Source of the DNA: Malacoraja senta
Taxonomy: Eukaryota
Assembly (NCBI GenBank): GCA_038087875.1
Contig: CM075988.1
Span: 17,424,001-17,488,000 of the forward strand
Direction of reading: 5' to 3'
DNA: 64,000 bases
Position numbers and translations under genes: made by a program. Shown one piece after another: positions 1 through 13,920 of the stretch. Every line of letters starts with the position of its first letter. Position 1 is the stretch's first letter. The notes beneath the pieces were generated by a model, which saw nothing but the letters and a program-made list of their open reading frames with translations, ran no database searches and was not told the origin of the DNA.

Positions 1-83
1 GAAGGGACAGAACATCCTACACCTGGCTGCTGGTGGACATGTTAAATGGACAACTTTAACAATTGCTCCATCACTTCACTTTA

Positions 84-376
84 GACTTTACAGAAACAGG
101 CCCTTCGGCCCACCCGAGTCCACGACGACCAACAATCATCCCGTGCACTAACTCTATCCTACACACTAGTGACAATTTAACAACATACCAAAGCCAATTA
201 ACCTACAAACCTGTACGACTTTAGAGCATGGGAGGGAACTAGAGCACCTGGAGAAAACCCACGCGGTCAAGGGGAGAATGTACAAACTCCATACAGACCG
301 CACCCGTAGCCGGGATCAAACCGGGCTCTCAGGTGCTGTAAGGCAGCAACTCTACCGCTGCACCACTGTGCCGCCC
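84..376 (-). mobile_element. tRNA-derived V-SINE (HE1-like)
   Basis: Reverse strand reads GGGCGGCACAGTGG tRNA-like head, GGTTTGATCC B-box-like motif, V-domain core and GGGCCGAAGGGCCTGTTTC CR1-type tail. Confidence 0.85.
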
Positions 377-1619
377 CTAAACCGCTGTTGTATTTAGTTA
401 GTCCCATTCTGGTCATGTCTAATTTTTCTCTTCCTACTATTTGCTAACAGCTATCCTGTTCCGATATCTCGGCTGCTAGATACAATGTCCAGTTTTAGTC
501 AGTTATGACATTCATAAGCACTTTCAGGATCTCTGAGATAGGAAAGGGGCTGAAAGAAGTGGCAGGAACAGAAAGTTTCCAAAAGTGATCAATAAGCATT
601 GTCAAAAAATATGCTTTGTGTTGGGCCAAAAGGCCTCTTTTTATGTCGTATGACTCTATGACTATTATAGTGTACAAAAACATGAGGGGAGTGGACTGGA
701 TGTATGCACAGATACTTTTTCCGCAGGTTTGGGAAAGCAAGAACAAGGGGCAACTTTTTCACATGGGTATATGGAATGAGCCGCCAGAGAAAGTAGTTGA
801 AATAGGGACAATAACAAGATTTAAATGATAGACACGAAATGCTAGGTTAAATGCTGAAGAAGGGTCCCGACCTGAAACGCCACCTATCCATTTCCTCGAG
901 AGGTGTTGCCTGACTGTTACTGAGATGTTGAGTTACTTCAGAATGTTGTGTCTATCTTTGGTATAAACCAAATATCATTTAAGCCTCTGCAGTTTTTTTT
1001 ATTGTAACATTTAAATGATAGTTTGACAGTTACATGGATAATAAAGGTTGGAGGGATACGGATCAAATACAGGCAAATGGGACAAGCACAGATGGGTATC
1101 TTGGTCAGCATGGGCAAGTTGGGCTGAAGGGCCTGTTTCCAATCTGCATGAGTCGATGACATCTCTGTGTGTAGACTACAAATGCTAACAGGGTGGGCAC
1201 CAGGTATGGAACATGTTGTAGCCAGAGAGGGTGGGGAAACAATTAATGCTTCTAAAAGGTTGTTGGAAAACTTTAAAATCAAGTCGAAGATGAGATCTCC
1301 TTTCAACATCCCAACGAATGCTAAACCGAATGTTGATGCATTTCCAGGCCGAGAGTCAACAGCTGATTAACGCGAGCTGGCAGGCTCTTTCATTAGCTCT
1401 TAGACACTGCTTTTCCTCACTCAAACGTATTTTAAACACTTCAATTAGATGCCAACAGCTAACAAAACCTCAGTTCATGAGCAGATCTTGTTACACGATT
1501 AGCGTTGTGCGCGCGAGGAAGATGACATCATTGTGCAATGCTGGAAATAAAGCTGCCAACAATGACCAACTTTGCAGAAACTGATAACAGCAAACACCTC
1601 CCACTCCCTCCATAACCCC

Positions 1620-2360
1620 TTCTGCTCACTCTCCACAACACCCCCCTCCACACCACCCTACCCCCACTGTCCACAATCCCCCCACCCCCCACACCCCCCA
1701 CCACCCACCCCCGCACTCTCCACCCCCCCCGCACTCTCTACCACTCCCACACTCTCCACCCCCTGCACTCTCCACCCCCCGCACTCTCCTCCCCCCCCCC
1801 CCCGCACTCTCCCCCCCGCACTCTCCTCTCCCCCCCCCGCACTCTCCACCCCCCACACTCTCCACCTCCCCCACACTCTCACCCCCCACACTCTCCACCC
1901 CCCACACTCTCCACCCCCCACACTCTCCACACCCCCCCCCCGCACTCTCCACCCCCCCCCGCACTCTCCACCCCCCGCACTCTCCACCCCCCCCCACACT
2001 CTCCAACCCCCCCACACTCTCCACCCCCACACTCTCCACCCCCCACCCCCCCCCACAGTCTCCACCCCCCGCACTCTCCATCCCCCCCCCACACTCTCCA
2101 CCCCCCCACACTCTCCCCACACACTCCACCCCCCACACACTCCACCCCCCACACACTCCACCCCCCCACACTCTCCACCCCCCCACACTCTCCACCCCCC
2201 CACACTCTCCACCCCCCCCACCCACACTCTCCACCCCCCCCCCACCCACACTCTCCACCCCCCGCACTCTCCACCCCCCCACCCACAATCTCCACCCCCC
2301 GCACTCTCCACCCCCCCACCCACACTCTCCACCCACCCACCCCACCCCCAACACTCTCCA
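1620..2360. repeat. C-rich minisatellite, unit about CACTCTCCACCCCCC(C/G), 15-18 bp
   Basis: Dozens of tandem cactctccacc(c)n units are directly visible. Confidence 0.95.
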
Positions 2361-2470
2361 CTGCCCCTTAACTTTGTAATCTCCCCCTGCATGAATCCGC
2401 TAAGATATTTATTTCGAACTCAGTCATTGAAAGCCATTTCTCCAAACCCTTTAAACTTTCCAGCTCTCCA

Positions 2471-2715
2471 TCCTGACCTTGGGTGCTGTCAGTACGGAGT
2501 CTGTATGTTCTCCCTGTGACCGCGTGAGTTTTCTCCGGGTGCTCCGGTTTCCTTCCACACCCCAAAGACGTACAGGTTTGCAGGTAAATTGGCTTCCGTA
2601 AATTGTCCCGAGTGTGTAAGATAGTGCTAGTGTAAGGGATGATCACTGGTCAGCGCAGACTCGGTGGGCCAAAGGGCCTGTTTCCACGCTGTATCTCTAA
2701 AGTCTGAAGTCTAAA
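2471..2715 (+). mobile_element. HE1-like SINE, 5'-truncated
   Basis: gggtgctgtc...ttttctccgggtgctccggtttcc...gggccaaagggcctgtttccacgctgtatctctaa. Confidence 0.85.
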
Positions 2716-3431
2716 GAGTGCTGTCTGTGTGGTTTGCACGCTCTTACTTTGACCATGTGGGTCAATTTTAAGTGCCCCAGTTACCTCCCACATCCCAAAA
2801 ACATGTGGATCGGAAGTTTAAATGGCTGCTGCAAAATTGCCCCAAGGGTGTTAGTGAGGGAATGAATCTGGGGTGAATTAATTGAACGATGGGATAGAAT
2901 AATTTAAGGTTAGTGTAAATGAGTGGTTGATGGTCCCCTGTGGACTTTGTGCCCCAAATCTATGAATATCGTGCCATCAAATGTTTTGCAGGGTGAATGG
3001 ATTACCCATATTTTAGTTTGTGCTATCATTTTATTTCCATCATGTCGTCTATGGCCCCATATTCCATAAACACTCTCGATTCAAATACATTGCCCTGACA
3101 CAATGTAATTACAAATAGTGTTCCAGAGACAATCCTTCCAGTGGGCGACAGCAGAATAGATTCCAGAAGATTGATGGTGAGGAGGTGTGGTATGATTCAT
3201 GATACGGTATAAATGTATAGCCGTACTGCACACCAATTAGTACAATGCCCTGCTGGGCTAAATGCTTCACCCTTTACACAATTCACGCTGGTCTGACCTG
3301 GAAAATGTGTTCTGCTGAATGAAAATGTAGGGCAAGCATTTCCTTTTCACAGCAGTGCAAAAAAGATGCCTGTTGCTCCACTGAATAGAAAATCCACCAG
3401 TGTTCAGATATCGTGAAGCGATAGTGTGGTA

Positions 3432-3888
3432 CTGTCATACGAGGAAAGATTGAAAAGACTAGGCTTGTATTCACTGGAGTTTAGAAGGATGAGGGGGATC
3501 TTATAGAAACATATAAAATTATAAAAGGACTGGACAAGCTAGATGCAGGAAAAATGTTCCCAATGTGGGGCGAGTCCAGAACCAGGGGCCACAGTCTTAG
3601 AATAAAGGGGAGGTCATTTAAGACTGAGGTGAGAAAAAACTTTTTCACCCAGAGAGTTGTGAATTTATGGAATTCCCTGCCACAGAGGGCAGTGGAGGCC
3701 AAGTCACTGGATGGATTTAAGAGAGTTAGATAGAGCTCTAGGGACTAGTGGAGTCGAGGGATATGGGGAGAAGGCAGGCACGGGTTATTGATAAGGGACG
3801 ATCAGCCATGATCACAATGAATGGCGGTGCTGGCTCGAAGGGCTGAATGGCCTCCTCCGGCACCTATTTTCTATGTTTCTATGTTTCT
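3432..3888 (+). mobile_element. CR1-clade LINE 3' fragment
   Basis: Encodes LSYEERLKRLGLYSLEFRRMRGDLIETYKI...TRGHSLRIKG...FFTQRVVNLWNSLP (CR1 ORF2 C-terminus). Ends in a (ttctatgt)n tail. Confidence 0.9.
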
Positions 3889-5534
3889 GTGTTACTGTTC
3901 TCATCAGACCTAATCTTCCAAATTGTGAGAAGGATGAGGGGTGTGGACTTCAAAAATAATTATCAGATGTTTGTTGCATCATGAGAAGTTTCTTAACCCC
4001 AGTAAATCTCCACGGCCATTTCAGTATAAGGTCACAGGGTCATAGGTGATAGGAGTAGAATTAGGCCATTCGACCCATCAAGTCTACTCCGCCATTCAAT
4101 CATGGCTGATCTATCTTTCCCTCTCAAACCCATTCTCCTGCCTTCTCCCCATAACCCCTGACATCAGTACTAATCTAGAATCTATCAATTCCCACCTTAA
4201 AAATATCTATTGACCTGGCCTCCACAGCCTTCTGTGGCAACGAATTCCACAATATCGAGTTGGCATCTATTACTGGAGTGCGGGGCCTAAATCCAATTAT
4301 TTTAAAACATTTAAGAGGCAATTGAACACACAGTTGGAGAGAGAAGTAGAAACAAGGAACTACAGGTAATGGTTTACAAAAAAAAACACAAAGTGGTGGA
4401 GTAACTCAGCTAGTCAGAGAACATCTCCAGAGAACATGGATAGGCCTCGTTTTGTGTCGAGGCCCTTCTTCAGGCTGGTTGTTGTAGGACAGGAAAAGTT
4501 GGAAGGCAAGCGAGGTGGGGGTAGGCCTAAAAATCTTGGATAGCAACAGGGAGAATGGGGAGATGTCTCTATGGGGTGAAACCATGATGATTTAAAAAAA
4601 AAACACAAAGTGCTGGAGTAACTTAGCAGGTCAGGCAGCATCTCTGGAGAACATGGATAGGTGCCGCTGCATGTTGGGTTAAGACTAGTCGGACTGTTAA
4701 AGAGTTTTTCAAAAGAGCTTGTACAGGGACAATAGGCTAAATGGCCTACTTCTGTGCTGTAATATATACAAAGGTAAAGATCATTTGACATCAAACGGTT
4801 TTGATGGTATCCTGGGACAGTGACTTACACAAAATAAGCTCAAGATATTGCACTGGGAATTATTAGCGTGGAACAGATTCCTCAACATGACTGAAGCTCT
4901 TACAGGAATGGGACAGTCATGAGTACTTGTATGAAGACATAATAAGGTGGTCACGCCGAGATGGACTGTGATTTACTGTATGTGTCACCAACACACACAT
5001 TTATTATTGCCTCTGCTTGAGTGTTCAAGATACATCTGAAAATAAAGTTACAAAACACTCTTGTTTGAGCTGATCCCTGACAACGTGGTCTCATTATATC
5101 ATTTCTATTGGTTTAGTCCGTCCTCTCTTTCTTTCCCCTTATATCATGACAACATCACTTCTGGCATTGAAGTGCTTAATCTCACATCTCTGTCCCATAC
5201 AATGACACAAAGAATTGGCATCTTTACATTTACTGCAGCACAGAAGTAGGCCATTCGGCCTATTGTCCCTGTACAAGCTCTTTGGAAAGACTCCGCAACA
5301 GTCCTACTACTCTTATCATCACAACATTTTTAACGGGCTTGACAGTCTCGATGCATTGAAGGCGTATCACTGGATTAAATACTCTAGAACTAGACGGCAC
5401 CTTTTCAGAATTAAGGATAGGCCATTTCAGACTGAGATGAGGAGAAATTCTTCCCCCTCTGCTTGGTGAACATTTGGAATTTGGGTTGCAACAGCTCAGT
5501 TGTTGCATCAATTCAAAGCAGAGATCAATAGTTT

Positions 5535-5852
5535 CGTTTAGTTTTAGTTTAGAGATACAGCGCGGAAACAGGCCCTTCGGCCCACCGGGTCCGCGCCGAC
5601 CAACGATCCACACACATTAACACTATCCTACACACACAACACACTAGGGACAATTTTTACATTTACCAAGCCAGTTAACCTACAAACCTGTACGTCTTTG
5701 GAGTGTGGGAGAAAACCGAAGATCTCGGAGAAAACCCACGCAGGTCACCGGGAGAACGTACAGACAGCACCCGTAGTCGGGATCGAACCCGGGTCTCCGG
5801 CGCGGCATTCGCTGTAAGGCAGCAACTCTACCGCTGCGCCACCGTGCCGCCC
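5535..5852 (-). mobile_element. HE1-like SINE, full length
   Basis: Head gggcggcacggtggcgcagcggtagag, B box gggttcgatccc, V core and (taaac)n tail. Confidence 0.9.
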
Positions 5853-6790
5853 TAAAGTTTTCTGGTCGTCAAAGGATACACAGACGGTGCTGGAAAATGG
5901 CATTTAGGCAAGAGATCGGCCACAACTGGGACACGTGATGGCTCCTCCTTCTCCGACAGTCTAACGCCGTGAATGGAAAGGGCAGCTTTGGATAACATTC
6001 CCCTGGCCTGATTCGCAGTTTAACGGGATTAACACTTTTAATAGGGCTTGTCAGAAATGGGAGAATTTATGCCTCAAAGCATTAAACATGGACCAAAATT
6101 AACCAGTAAAAGAAAAAGATAATTTAACCTATTAATTATTCAGTAAAACCTGAAACGAAGACAAATATGTGCCTGCCAGTACAACAGGCTTTATATAGAA
6201 AAGCTGGCCTATCAACAAGTCCAAACTGGCTCTATAGGGATGAAATATTAATTTCTCATCCATTTATGTAATTAGGAACAAGATTAAAATTTTACACTTG
6301 CCAGAAAAAAAAGTAATTGCACATCCAAGGTAGCCACAGTTCACATGCTGTTTTGAACAATGCGGCATGATTGAATTTGTATTGGATGTCAGTGGGCGGC
6401 AAACAGGCTTATCTCCAAGTCAGAAGATTTAAATCTTGCTCCATATTCTCAAGGACATGTTGACACTCTGATGGCAATCCTAAGGCACTGCTACCTTGTT
6501 GGAGTTGCCATTACTTCGCCGAGTGGTTCAGTTGAGATTCACTCCACAGTCAACTTGTACGCTCTAAACTCCCAGCGTAAGAAAGATCCAATAATTTATT
6601 TTAGTCAGGAGGAGAAACAAGGAATTGCAGATACTGGTTTACCGAAAAGGACACAAAGCAGTGGAGCTTCTAAGCGGGCCAGGCTGCATCTCTGGAGAAC
6701 ATGGAAAGGTGACATGTCTGGCCAGACCTTTCTTCAGACTGAGCAGCAGGAATCACAGAGGGGGAGCAGTGAGAGAGGGTCTCACAGAAC

Positions 6791-7100
6791 AGGGCGGCAT
6801 AGTGATGCAACGGTAGAGTTGCTGCCTTACAGCACCAGACACCCAGGTTAGATCCTGACTACGGGTGCTGTCTGCATGGAGTTTGTACATTTCTCCCTGA
6901 GATCGCATGGGTTTTCTCCGGGTGCTCCAGTTTCCTCCCACACCACTAAGGCGTACAGGTTTGTAGGTTAATTAGCTTTGGTAAGTTGCACAATTGTTCC
7001 TAGTGTGCAGAAAGTGCTGGTGTACGGGGCGATCACCGGCCGGTGTGGACGCGGTGGCTGAAGGGGTATGTTTCCGCGCTGTATTCTCCAAAATAAAATC
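6791..7100 (+). mobile_element. HE1-like SINE
   Basis: Same family consensus on the plus strand. Confidence 0.85.
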
Positions 7101-9469
7101 TAAAGAACTCTTCCCTTGAAGAGAATTTGCAGTTGAGCAGTAAAATGGTAAAACAAGGAACTGCAGATGCTGGTTTACAAAAAAAAGACACAAAGTGCTG
7201 GAGCAACTCAGCAGGTTGGCCAGCATCTCTGGAGATCATGGATAGGTAACATCTGGCAGGACTGATGTAACATTGATTGAGTGAGAAATATTGGGCTGCC
7301 TCACCAACTGGAGATTCACTCCTGATAGTTTTCAGCAATAATGTTTAATGAGGCGATTGCTGTACTTCCAATTGTTCAATCGACAGAGTCTCTGGCCAGC
7401 TTCATGTTCGCCAATCATTGGCACACACGGGAAGCCCTGCGATCGACCCCTGCCTGCTGATCATATGCAATGCTTGGTCATCCCAGGCGATTGACCGGGA
7501 AACCCTCGCAGCAAACATGATGGCTGCAAACTATCAGTGAGACAGGAGTCAGGTGGGGCAACCCAATATTGACCCCTCAATCAATGTTACGAGACCAATG
7601 TATTGAATTATTGTCAAACTGGGAGTTTACGATGTGCAAGTTGACCATTGGGGGGGATCTCAATTGACCAACTCACTGTTTCCTTCCTTGGGATATACTG
7701 TAGCATTGACTCATTTTAAATCCCCTCCCCCACCCCCATCCCTATAAGGACAAGTAAAAAAACATCAGCAAGAATTTCCATGCTAATCCCCGAGCGGGTA
7801 GAATACATTTAAAAGGGCAAACATTATCTATCGGCTGCTTTCCCTCTTTTAAAATGTGTCAGGACCTTCATGACTGGAATAAAGCTCAGCGCCGTATACC
7901 ATTCATGGCTTCTGAAAGAAAACATTTTACTCAACTCCATCTTAGATCGGTGACCCCTCATTTTTAATGGTTCTTCCACCAGAGGCAACATGCTCTCCAC
8001 GTCCACCTTGTTAAATAATTGAAGATGTCTCAATTCTAAACTCTACTGCATACAAGCCTGATCCTTTGGTCTTTGTACTAATGTCGCTGATACTAACATC
8101 TTCCATATCAGCCTCATCATCCGTTTCTGGTGTAACACCTTATCTGAAAATCAGCTCTTGTGGCAGCGTGGCACTCTTAAAAGTATTAGAAAAGAGATTC
8201 AGCTTGGATTTTGGACTCACATCTTGAATTGATACTTGAATCTTCAAACTTCTGTTTTTGACAATCCAAGAGCCCCAAGGTGCTCCCACAAGCACAAGCC
8301 TTTCTCTGGGCGAGCTCCCGAAAATACTGCTGTATTTGTGAAGTCTTAATGAAAAGACATTACTATACGTTACTAAGACGTATCTGATTAACTAAGACTA
8401 TCACTGGCTGCCTCCAGGGTCAATGAACTCTGGTGCTTGTATATGATGCAGCATTAGACAATGCGATTGTCAGGGATTAATTTCTAGGTCTGGACGCTGC
8501 CTTATAAAACCTCCAGAAATGTGCCAGACAATATTGGCATTCCTAGCATTGAACCCTTGCTCAGTTCATGAAAAAATAAATTCAACAAGATTCCCCACTT
8601 TAAGTGTAGGAAGGAACTGCAGATGCTGGTTTAAACCGAAGATAGACACAAAAAGCTGGAGTAACTCAGCGGGACAGACAGCATCTCCAGATTTAAGTTC
8701 TGTGTTTTAGTCAGAAAATCATACAGCATTGAAACAGCTACTTCGACACAGCTTATCCATGCCAACCAAGAGGAGAACTGAAGGACTTCAATTTAATTCC
8801 CTCAAATCTCTCTGGAGATCACCTGGTGTACCAACATTTGACATCAGACAATAGTACTGATTTCCACCCCCCACCCCCACCCCCATCCTCCCACAGCTTT
8901 CGAATTCACCCGAGTCATGGTTTCTGCTGTTAGTAACTGGGTTACTGCACATCATGTCACTTCAAAACAGCAATGTATTTTGTTGCAATGTGGTTTGTTG
9001 CAGAACATCTAATCCCCGAGATGATGGGAACCGCTCATCCCTCCATTCTCTGTTTGTCATAACAAATTAGCTGTAATTTAATTGCCTTTTCAACCATTTC
9101 TGGCCTTCTGCTCTCCCTCCAAAGCTGCTGAAACATGTTGCGGTTACATGGGTAACAGGCCTTGCCCAACTGACCATTCTTCATGGGCAAGAGGTCGCAT
9201 GATACTAGACCCATCCTATCAATGGCAGATTTACATTTTAGAGTCATACAGCATAGAAACAGGCCCTTCAGCCCATCAAGTCCAGGCCAACCATTGTACC
9301 CATCCACAATAATCCCTTTTACCAGCAAATGATCTGTGGGTTTCCATGCTTTAGCATTTCAAGTGTTCACCCATATACTTCCCAAATTATGTGAAAGTAC
9401 ATGCCTCCATCACATGTAGCCACCTTCTGGGATCCTCAGATTCTCTCTTATTCCTCAATTTAAAACCTA

Positions 9470-10262
9470 TTCCTGGTTAGGTGTTCCATACTAGAACATC
9501 CCAGATGTCCTAATTCTTTAGGGAATGGGGGTTCCCCTCTCCAATCATAGATGAGGCAGTTACTCATCTCCTCGGCACCCCGCAGCTCCGCCCTTGCTCC
9601 CCCTCCCCCTAGTCACAACAGAGACAGAGTCCCCCTAGTCCTTACCTTCCACCCCATCAGCTGTCGCATACAACACATACCTCCTCCAACCTCATCTACT
9701 GTATCCGTTGTTTAAGATGTGAACTCTTATATATCGGCGAGACTAAACGCAGACTGGGCGATTGTTTCGCAGAATACCTTCGCTCAGCCCGCCTGAACCA
9801 ACCTGATCTCCCGGTTGCTGGACACTTTAATTCTCCTTCCCATTCCTACACAGACCTTTCTGTCCTCGGTCTCCTCCATTGTCAGAGTGAGGCTAAACGC
9901 AAATTGGAGGAACAGCATCTCATATTGCGCTTGGGCAGCTTACAGCCCAGTGGTATGAATATTGATTTCTCTCACTTCAGATAGCCCCGGCATTCCCTCT
10001 CTCGCTATCCCTCTCCCACCCATCGCAATAGCTTCTCATTTTCACCCTACAAACAGCTTACAAATGGCCTGTTTCCTTAACCATCGTTACTTTTTTGCAT
10101 ATCTTTCATTCATTGTTCTTTATCTCTCCACATCACCGTCTATATCTCTTGTTGCCTTTATCCCTAACCAGTCTGAAGATGGGTCTCTACCCAAAACATC
10201 ACCCATTCCTTCTCTCCAGAAATGCTGCCTGTCCTGCTGAGTTACTCCAGCTTTTTCTGTCT
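9470..10262 (+). mobile_element. Penelope-like element 3' fragment with GIY-YIG endonuclease remnant and pLTR
   Basis: 9679-9984 reads TSSNLIYCIRCLRCELLYIGETKRRLGDCFAEYLRS...PVAGHFNSPSHS...KRKLEEQHLILRLGSLQPSGMNIDFSHFR*, i.e. GIY-YIG with an internal CxxC. It is followed by a 3' UTR and a decayed hammerhead motif near 10172. Confidence 0.88.
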
Positions 10263-10494
10263 ATCCTGGTTATATATATATATCTGTTATACATTTTATA
10301 GCACTTTCCAGAACCCCAGAACAGCACAAGAAATGTACCAGTCAATTAAATATTTCAGGACTGCAATCACTTAAAGGAATTGTGCAGTAGTCAATTTCTG
10401 CAAACAAGGTTCTTGCTATCAACAATAGTTTCAGTTCACACAAATATAGTTATTTAGTGTGTCAATTTACTATTAGTTTAATAGTACTGAATTA

Positions 10495-10782
10495 GTTTTG
10501 TTTAGTTTGGTTTAGTTATACAGTACAGAAAGGTCCCTTCGGCCCACCGAGTCAGTGCTGACCAATGATCCCCGCCCACCAACACTATCCTACACACTAG
10601 GAACAATTTGCATCTATACCAAGCCAATTAACCTACAAACCTGTACGGCTTTGGAGTGTGGGAGGAAACCGAAGATCTCGGTGAAAACCCACGGGGAGAA
10701 CGTACAAACTCCATACAGACAGCACCCGTAGTCAGGATCGAACCTGGGTCTCCGGCATTGCAAGCGCTGTAAGGCAGCAACT
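10495..10782 (-). mobile_element. HE1-like SINE
   Basis: Family consensus in reverse. Confidence 0.85.
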
Positions 10783-10956
10783 TCCCTAATCATTTCCCAG
10801 ATTCACTAATAGATCAAGACAATGCTGGCTCTAGCCAGTTGTGCAGGCTGTGAACACGACTTTAAAGGCAGAGAGCATCAGACAGTTGAATTAGCAGATT
10901 CAACAACGCCACTTGTGATTTTGTATGCTTACCCCGACTGAAAATAATTAACTCAC

Positions 10957-11044
10957 CAGAGCAAAAACTTTGTGGGTGAGAACCACGGGCTAAGGTCCTT
11001 CCGCTGCTGGACATTGTGGGACTGTGTCCAGTGGGGACACCCCT
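10957..11044 (-). other. Candidate 88-nt exon (possible alternative ABCG4 N-terminal exon)
   Basis: Acceptor ttcctttccttgttAG and donor TG|GTGAGT. The open frame RGVPTGHSPTMSSSGRTLARGSHPQSFCS ends in phase 1. No homology recognised. Confidence 0.25.
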
Positions 11045-11369
11045 CTAACAAGGAAAGGAATGTCACTCTAGGGGGCCACATGAGTGGCAATGATGTGTAA
11101 GAAGGAACTGCAGATGTTGGTTTACACCAAAGATAGACAAAATGCTGGAGCAACTCAGTGGGACAGGCAGCATCTCTGGAGAAAAGGAGTGGGTGACGTT
11201 CTGTGTCTGAAGAAGGGTCTGACCCAAAGTGAAACTCATTCCTTCCCTCCATAGTGGCAATGTTGCAGTGTAAGGAAAAAGGGAGATGCTAACAACACTG
11301 ACCATGTTGAATATATAGACACTGGGAAAGATTTTTGCATGGTTTTTGTTTTGAATTCTGGTATTGCAT

Positions 11370-11670
11370 CACAGCACCAGAGAGCCGGGCTCAATCCTGA
11401 CCTCGGGTGCTGTCTGTGTGGAGTTTGCACGTTCTTCCCGCAACCGCTTGGCTCCCTTCATGTGCTCCAGTTTTCTCCTCCATCCCAAAGACGTGCAGGT
11501 TTGTGGGGTTCAATGGCTTCTGTGAAAAGAAATGCCCCTAGTGCGCTGGGAGTGGAATGAGAAAGTGGGATAACACAGAACCAGTGTGAATAATTGATCA
11601 ACTGTTGGCATGATCTTGTGGGCTGAAGTGCCTGTTCCCATGCTGCATCTCAAACTCTAAACTCAACATA
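11370..11670 (+). mobile_element. HE1-like SINE, diverged
   Basis: V-core and tail recognisable. Confidence 0.75.
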
Positions 11671-13237
11671 AACTGGTGACGCAGACCAAGACCTTCCTAT
11701 CTGACAAGACTGATGCCTCATCCTATATTGCATGTAGCTCCATTCAATCACTGAGGCATCATTTTGATTCTGAGACCCAAGGGACAGGACCAACGTGCTG
11801 AAATCGCCAACTCTATTTACGATTTAATCAAACTGCATTTGGCTGGCCTGTGGTTCCTGTGATGAATAATGCTGCTTTATTTTGCAGTGAAACAGACTAA
11901 TGGCACACAAACTAACAGCACACAAAAACTGAAGCAGAAAAAAACGCGGATGTTAAACTAAAAATGATAGAAGGATCCAGAATGTATACTGGTCTAATCA
12001 CAGGAAATAATCCAAGCAGAAATGCCACATTTTAACACTTATTTTATATTGGAAGGAGCAACCAGTTCTATTTCAAAACATCTCAATGCAGTGGATATTT
12101 GAACCACGTTTGATACTAAAGGAGGTGATCAAAGCTTGGTCAGGGATGCAGGTTTCAAAAGACCATCTTAAAAGGAGGAGGTTGGAGTAGTGGAAAGGTG
12201 ATGTGGGGGAGTTCCATTGCTTGGGGCATTGGTAACCTTCAAGTCATGGCTGCCCTAGCAAATCAAGGAGACTAGAATTAGTGTGTAGAAAGGAACTGCA
12301 GATGCATGTACTGTATATACCAAAGATAAACACAAAGTGCTGGTGTATCTCAGCCGGTCAGGCAGCATCTCTGGAGAAAAAGGATGGGTGACGTTTTGGG
12401 TCGGGGCCCTTCTTCAAACTCAAGAGAGTCAGAAGAAGGGTCCCAACTCGAAACTTCACTCATCCTTTTTCTCCAGAGAAGCTGCCTGTCCAGCTGAGTC
12501 ACACCAGCACTTTGTGTCTATCTTTGAGGTTTCAATGAGGGTATCCCGGTATCTGAGAGGGTTGCCAAGTTGTGGAGGCTGCAATGATGAGAGGTTGAGT
12601 GAATGGCTTGAGTGGTATTGCAAATTTAATTATAAAATGGGTATTGATGGTGAACAACTTGTGCTCCATTTCATCTCATCCCCACAGAGCATGCAACCCA
12701 CATCAGAAGTTTTAACATCAACCTGAACAGGTCAGACCTTAATTTCACATGACAGACCCTCAGCTGGGTATAGTCCAACATTACTCTAGAAATCAAACCA
12801 CTATTTTCTGATTAGAAATGTAATCAACTAAACTGAATTGATTTTCATCCATAACTGATGCACACTTCCTGAGCATTGAAGTGGGGCCCTATTAATGGAC
12901 AGCTATATCTTGTCAGACAAAAAACAATAAGAACACACGGTCAATTGTTCTACCTCACCTGCCAGTTTCAACTCGGATACACAACAGTGCATTTATCATT
13001 TAATGCAAAGAGGGTATAAAATGTCTGCGGTGTAACGTCATTTGCATCCTAGATGATTTACATCTTCTGAAGTACGTTGCATTCCAGTTCACCATCTTTA
13101 GCAGCCTCTGTTCAACCACCACAACCCCACAGTAAGACCAAGTTTAGGAAGTTACCATCACCCTGTGACCATTTTACAACACCACAGATTGGTTTAGTAA
13201 CTAAAACACTTTCCGTACGGCACCTTTTTAAAAAATA

Positions 13238-13506
13238 GTTTAGAGATACTGCGCAGAAACGGGCCCTTGAGTCCACACCGACCAGTGATCCCCACACATT
13301 AACACTACCCCACACACACTCGGGACAATTTTTTACACTATTCCAAGCCAATTAACCTACAAACCTGTACGTCTTTGGAGTGTGGGAGGAAAGCGTAGAT
13401 CTCGAAGAAAACCCACAGGTCACGGGGAGAACGTACAAACTTCGTACAGACAGCACCCGTAGTCGGAATCGAACCTGGGTCCCTACGCTGTGCCACCGTG
13501 CCGCCC
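13238..13506 (-). mobile_element. HE1-like SINE
   Basis: Family consensus in reverse. Confidence 0.85.
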
Positions 13507-13583
13507 TGGATTTTTTCCAGCACATCCGCAGCAATCCTTCATTATAATAATGACTAAAATTCAGAAGCCCTGACTCTGAAGAA

Positions 13584-13920
13584 AGTAAGTAAGTTTATTG
13601 GCCAAGTATTCACATACAAGGAATTTGCCTTGGTGCTCCGCCCACAAGTAACAACATGACATACAGTGACAGTTACGAATGACTCAGAGAACACTAAACA
13701 TTAATAATAATAAAACATTAATGATAAACCACCATTGATCAAGCATGTGAACCAACAAAATACCAGATCAAAGGGAGGCTACAGATTTTTGGCTGTTGAG
13801 TAGAGCAACTACTCATGGATAAAAACTGTTTTTATGTCTGGCTGTGGCAGCTTTGACAGTCGTCCAGAGGGAAGTGATTCAAAGAGTCTGTGGCCAGGGT
13901 GAGAGGGGTCAGAGATGATC
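13584..13920 (-). mobile_element. Rex/Babar-like LINE 3' end
   Basis: Reverse strand reads IISDPSHPGHRLFESLPSGR-type C-terminus, then AATAAA and a (ctta)n tail. Confidence 0.7.

Larger units (their letters stand above)
4020..11116 (+). repeat. 7.1 kb segment, copy 1 of a near-identical direct duplication
   Basis: Colinear with 56904-64000, with only scattered SNPs and small indels. Confidence 0.95.

Noticed and set aside
1572..2519. 315-aa Pro/His/Thr-rich ORF and Gly-rich antisense ORFs
   Set aside because: Artefact of a stop-free minisatellite, open in most frames on both strands.
4029..4042. AGGTCA-like nuclear receptor repeats
   Set aside because: Part of the tandem tail of a CR1 fragment.
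5770..5852. tRNA gene-like A/B boxes (also at 26730, 48960 and elsewhere)
   Set aside because: These are SINE heads continuing into V-core and LINE tail, not stand-alone tRNAs.
10957..11044. Assignment of the candidate exon to the syntenic neighbour NLRX1
   Set aside because: No recognisable similarity, and the remaining ABCG4 exons would have to lie in between.
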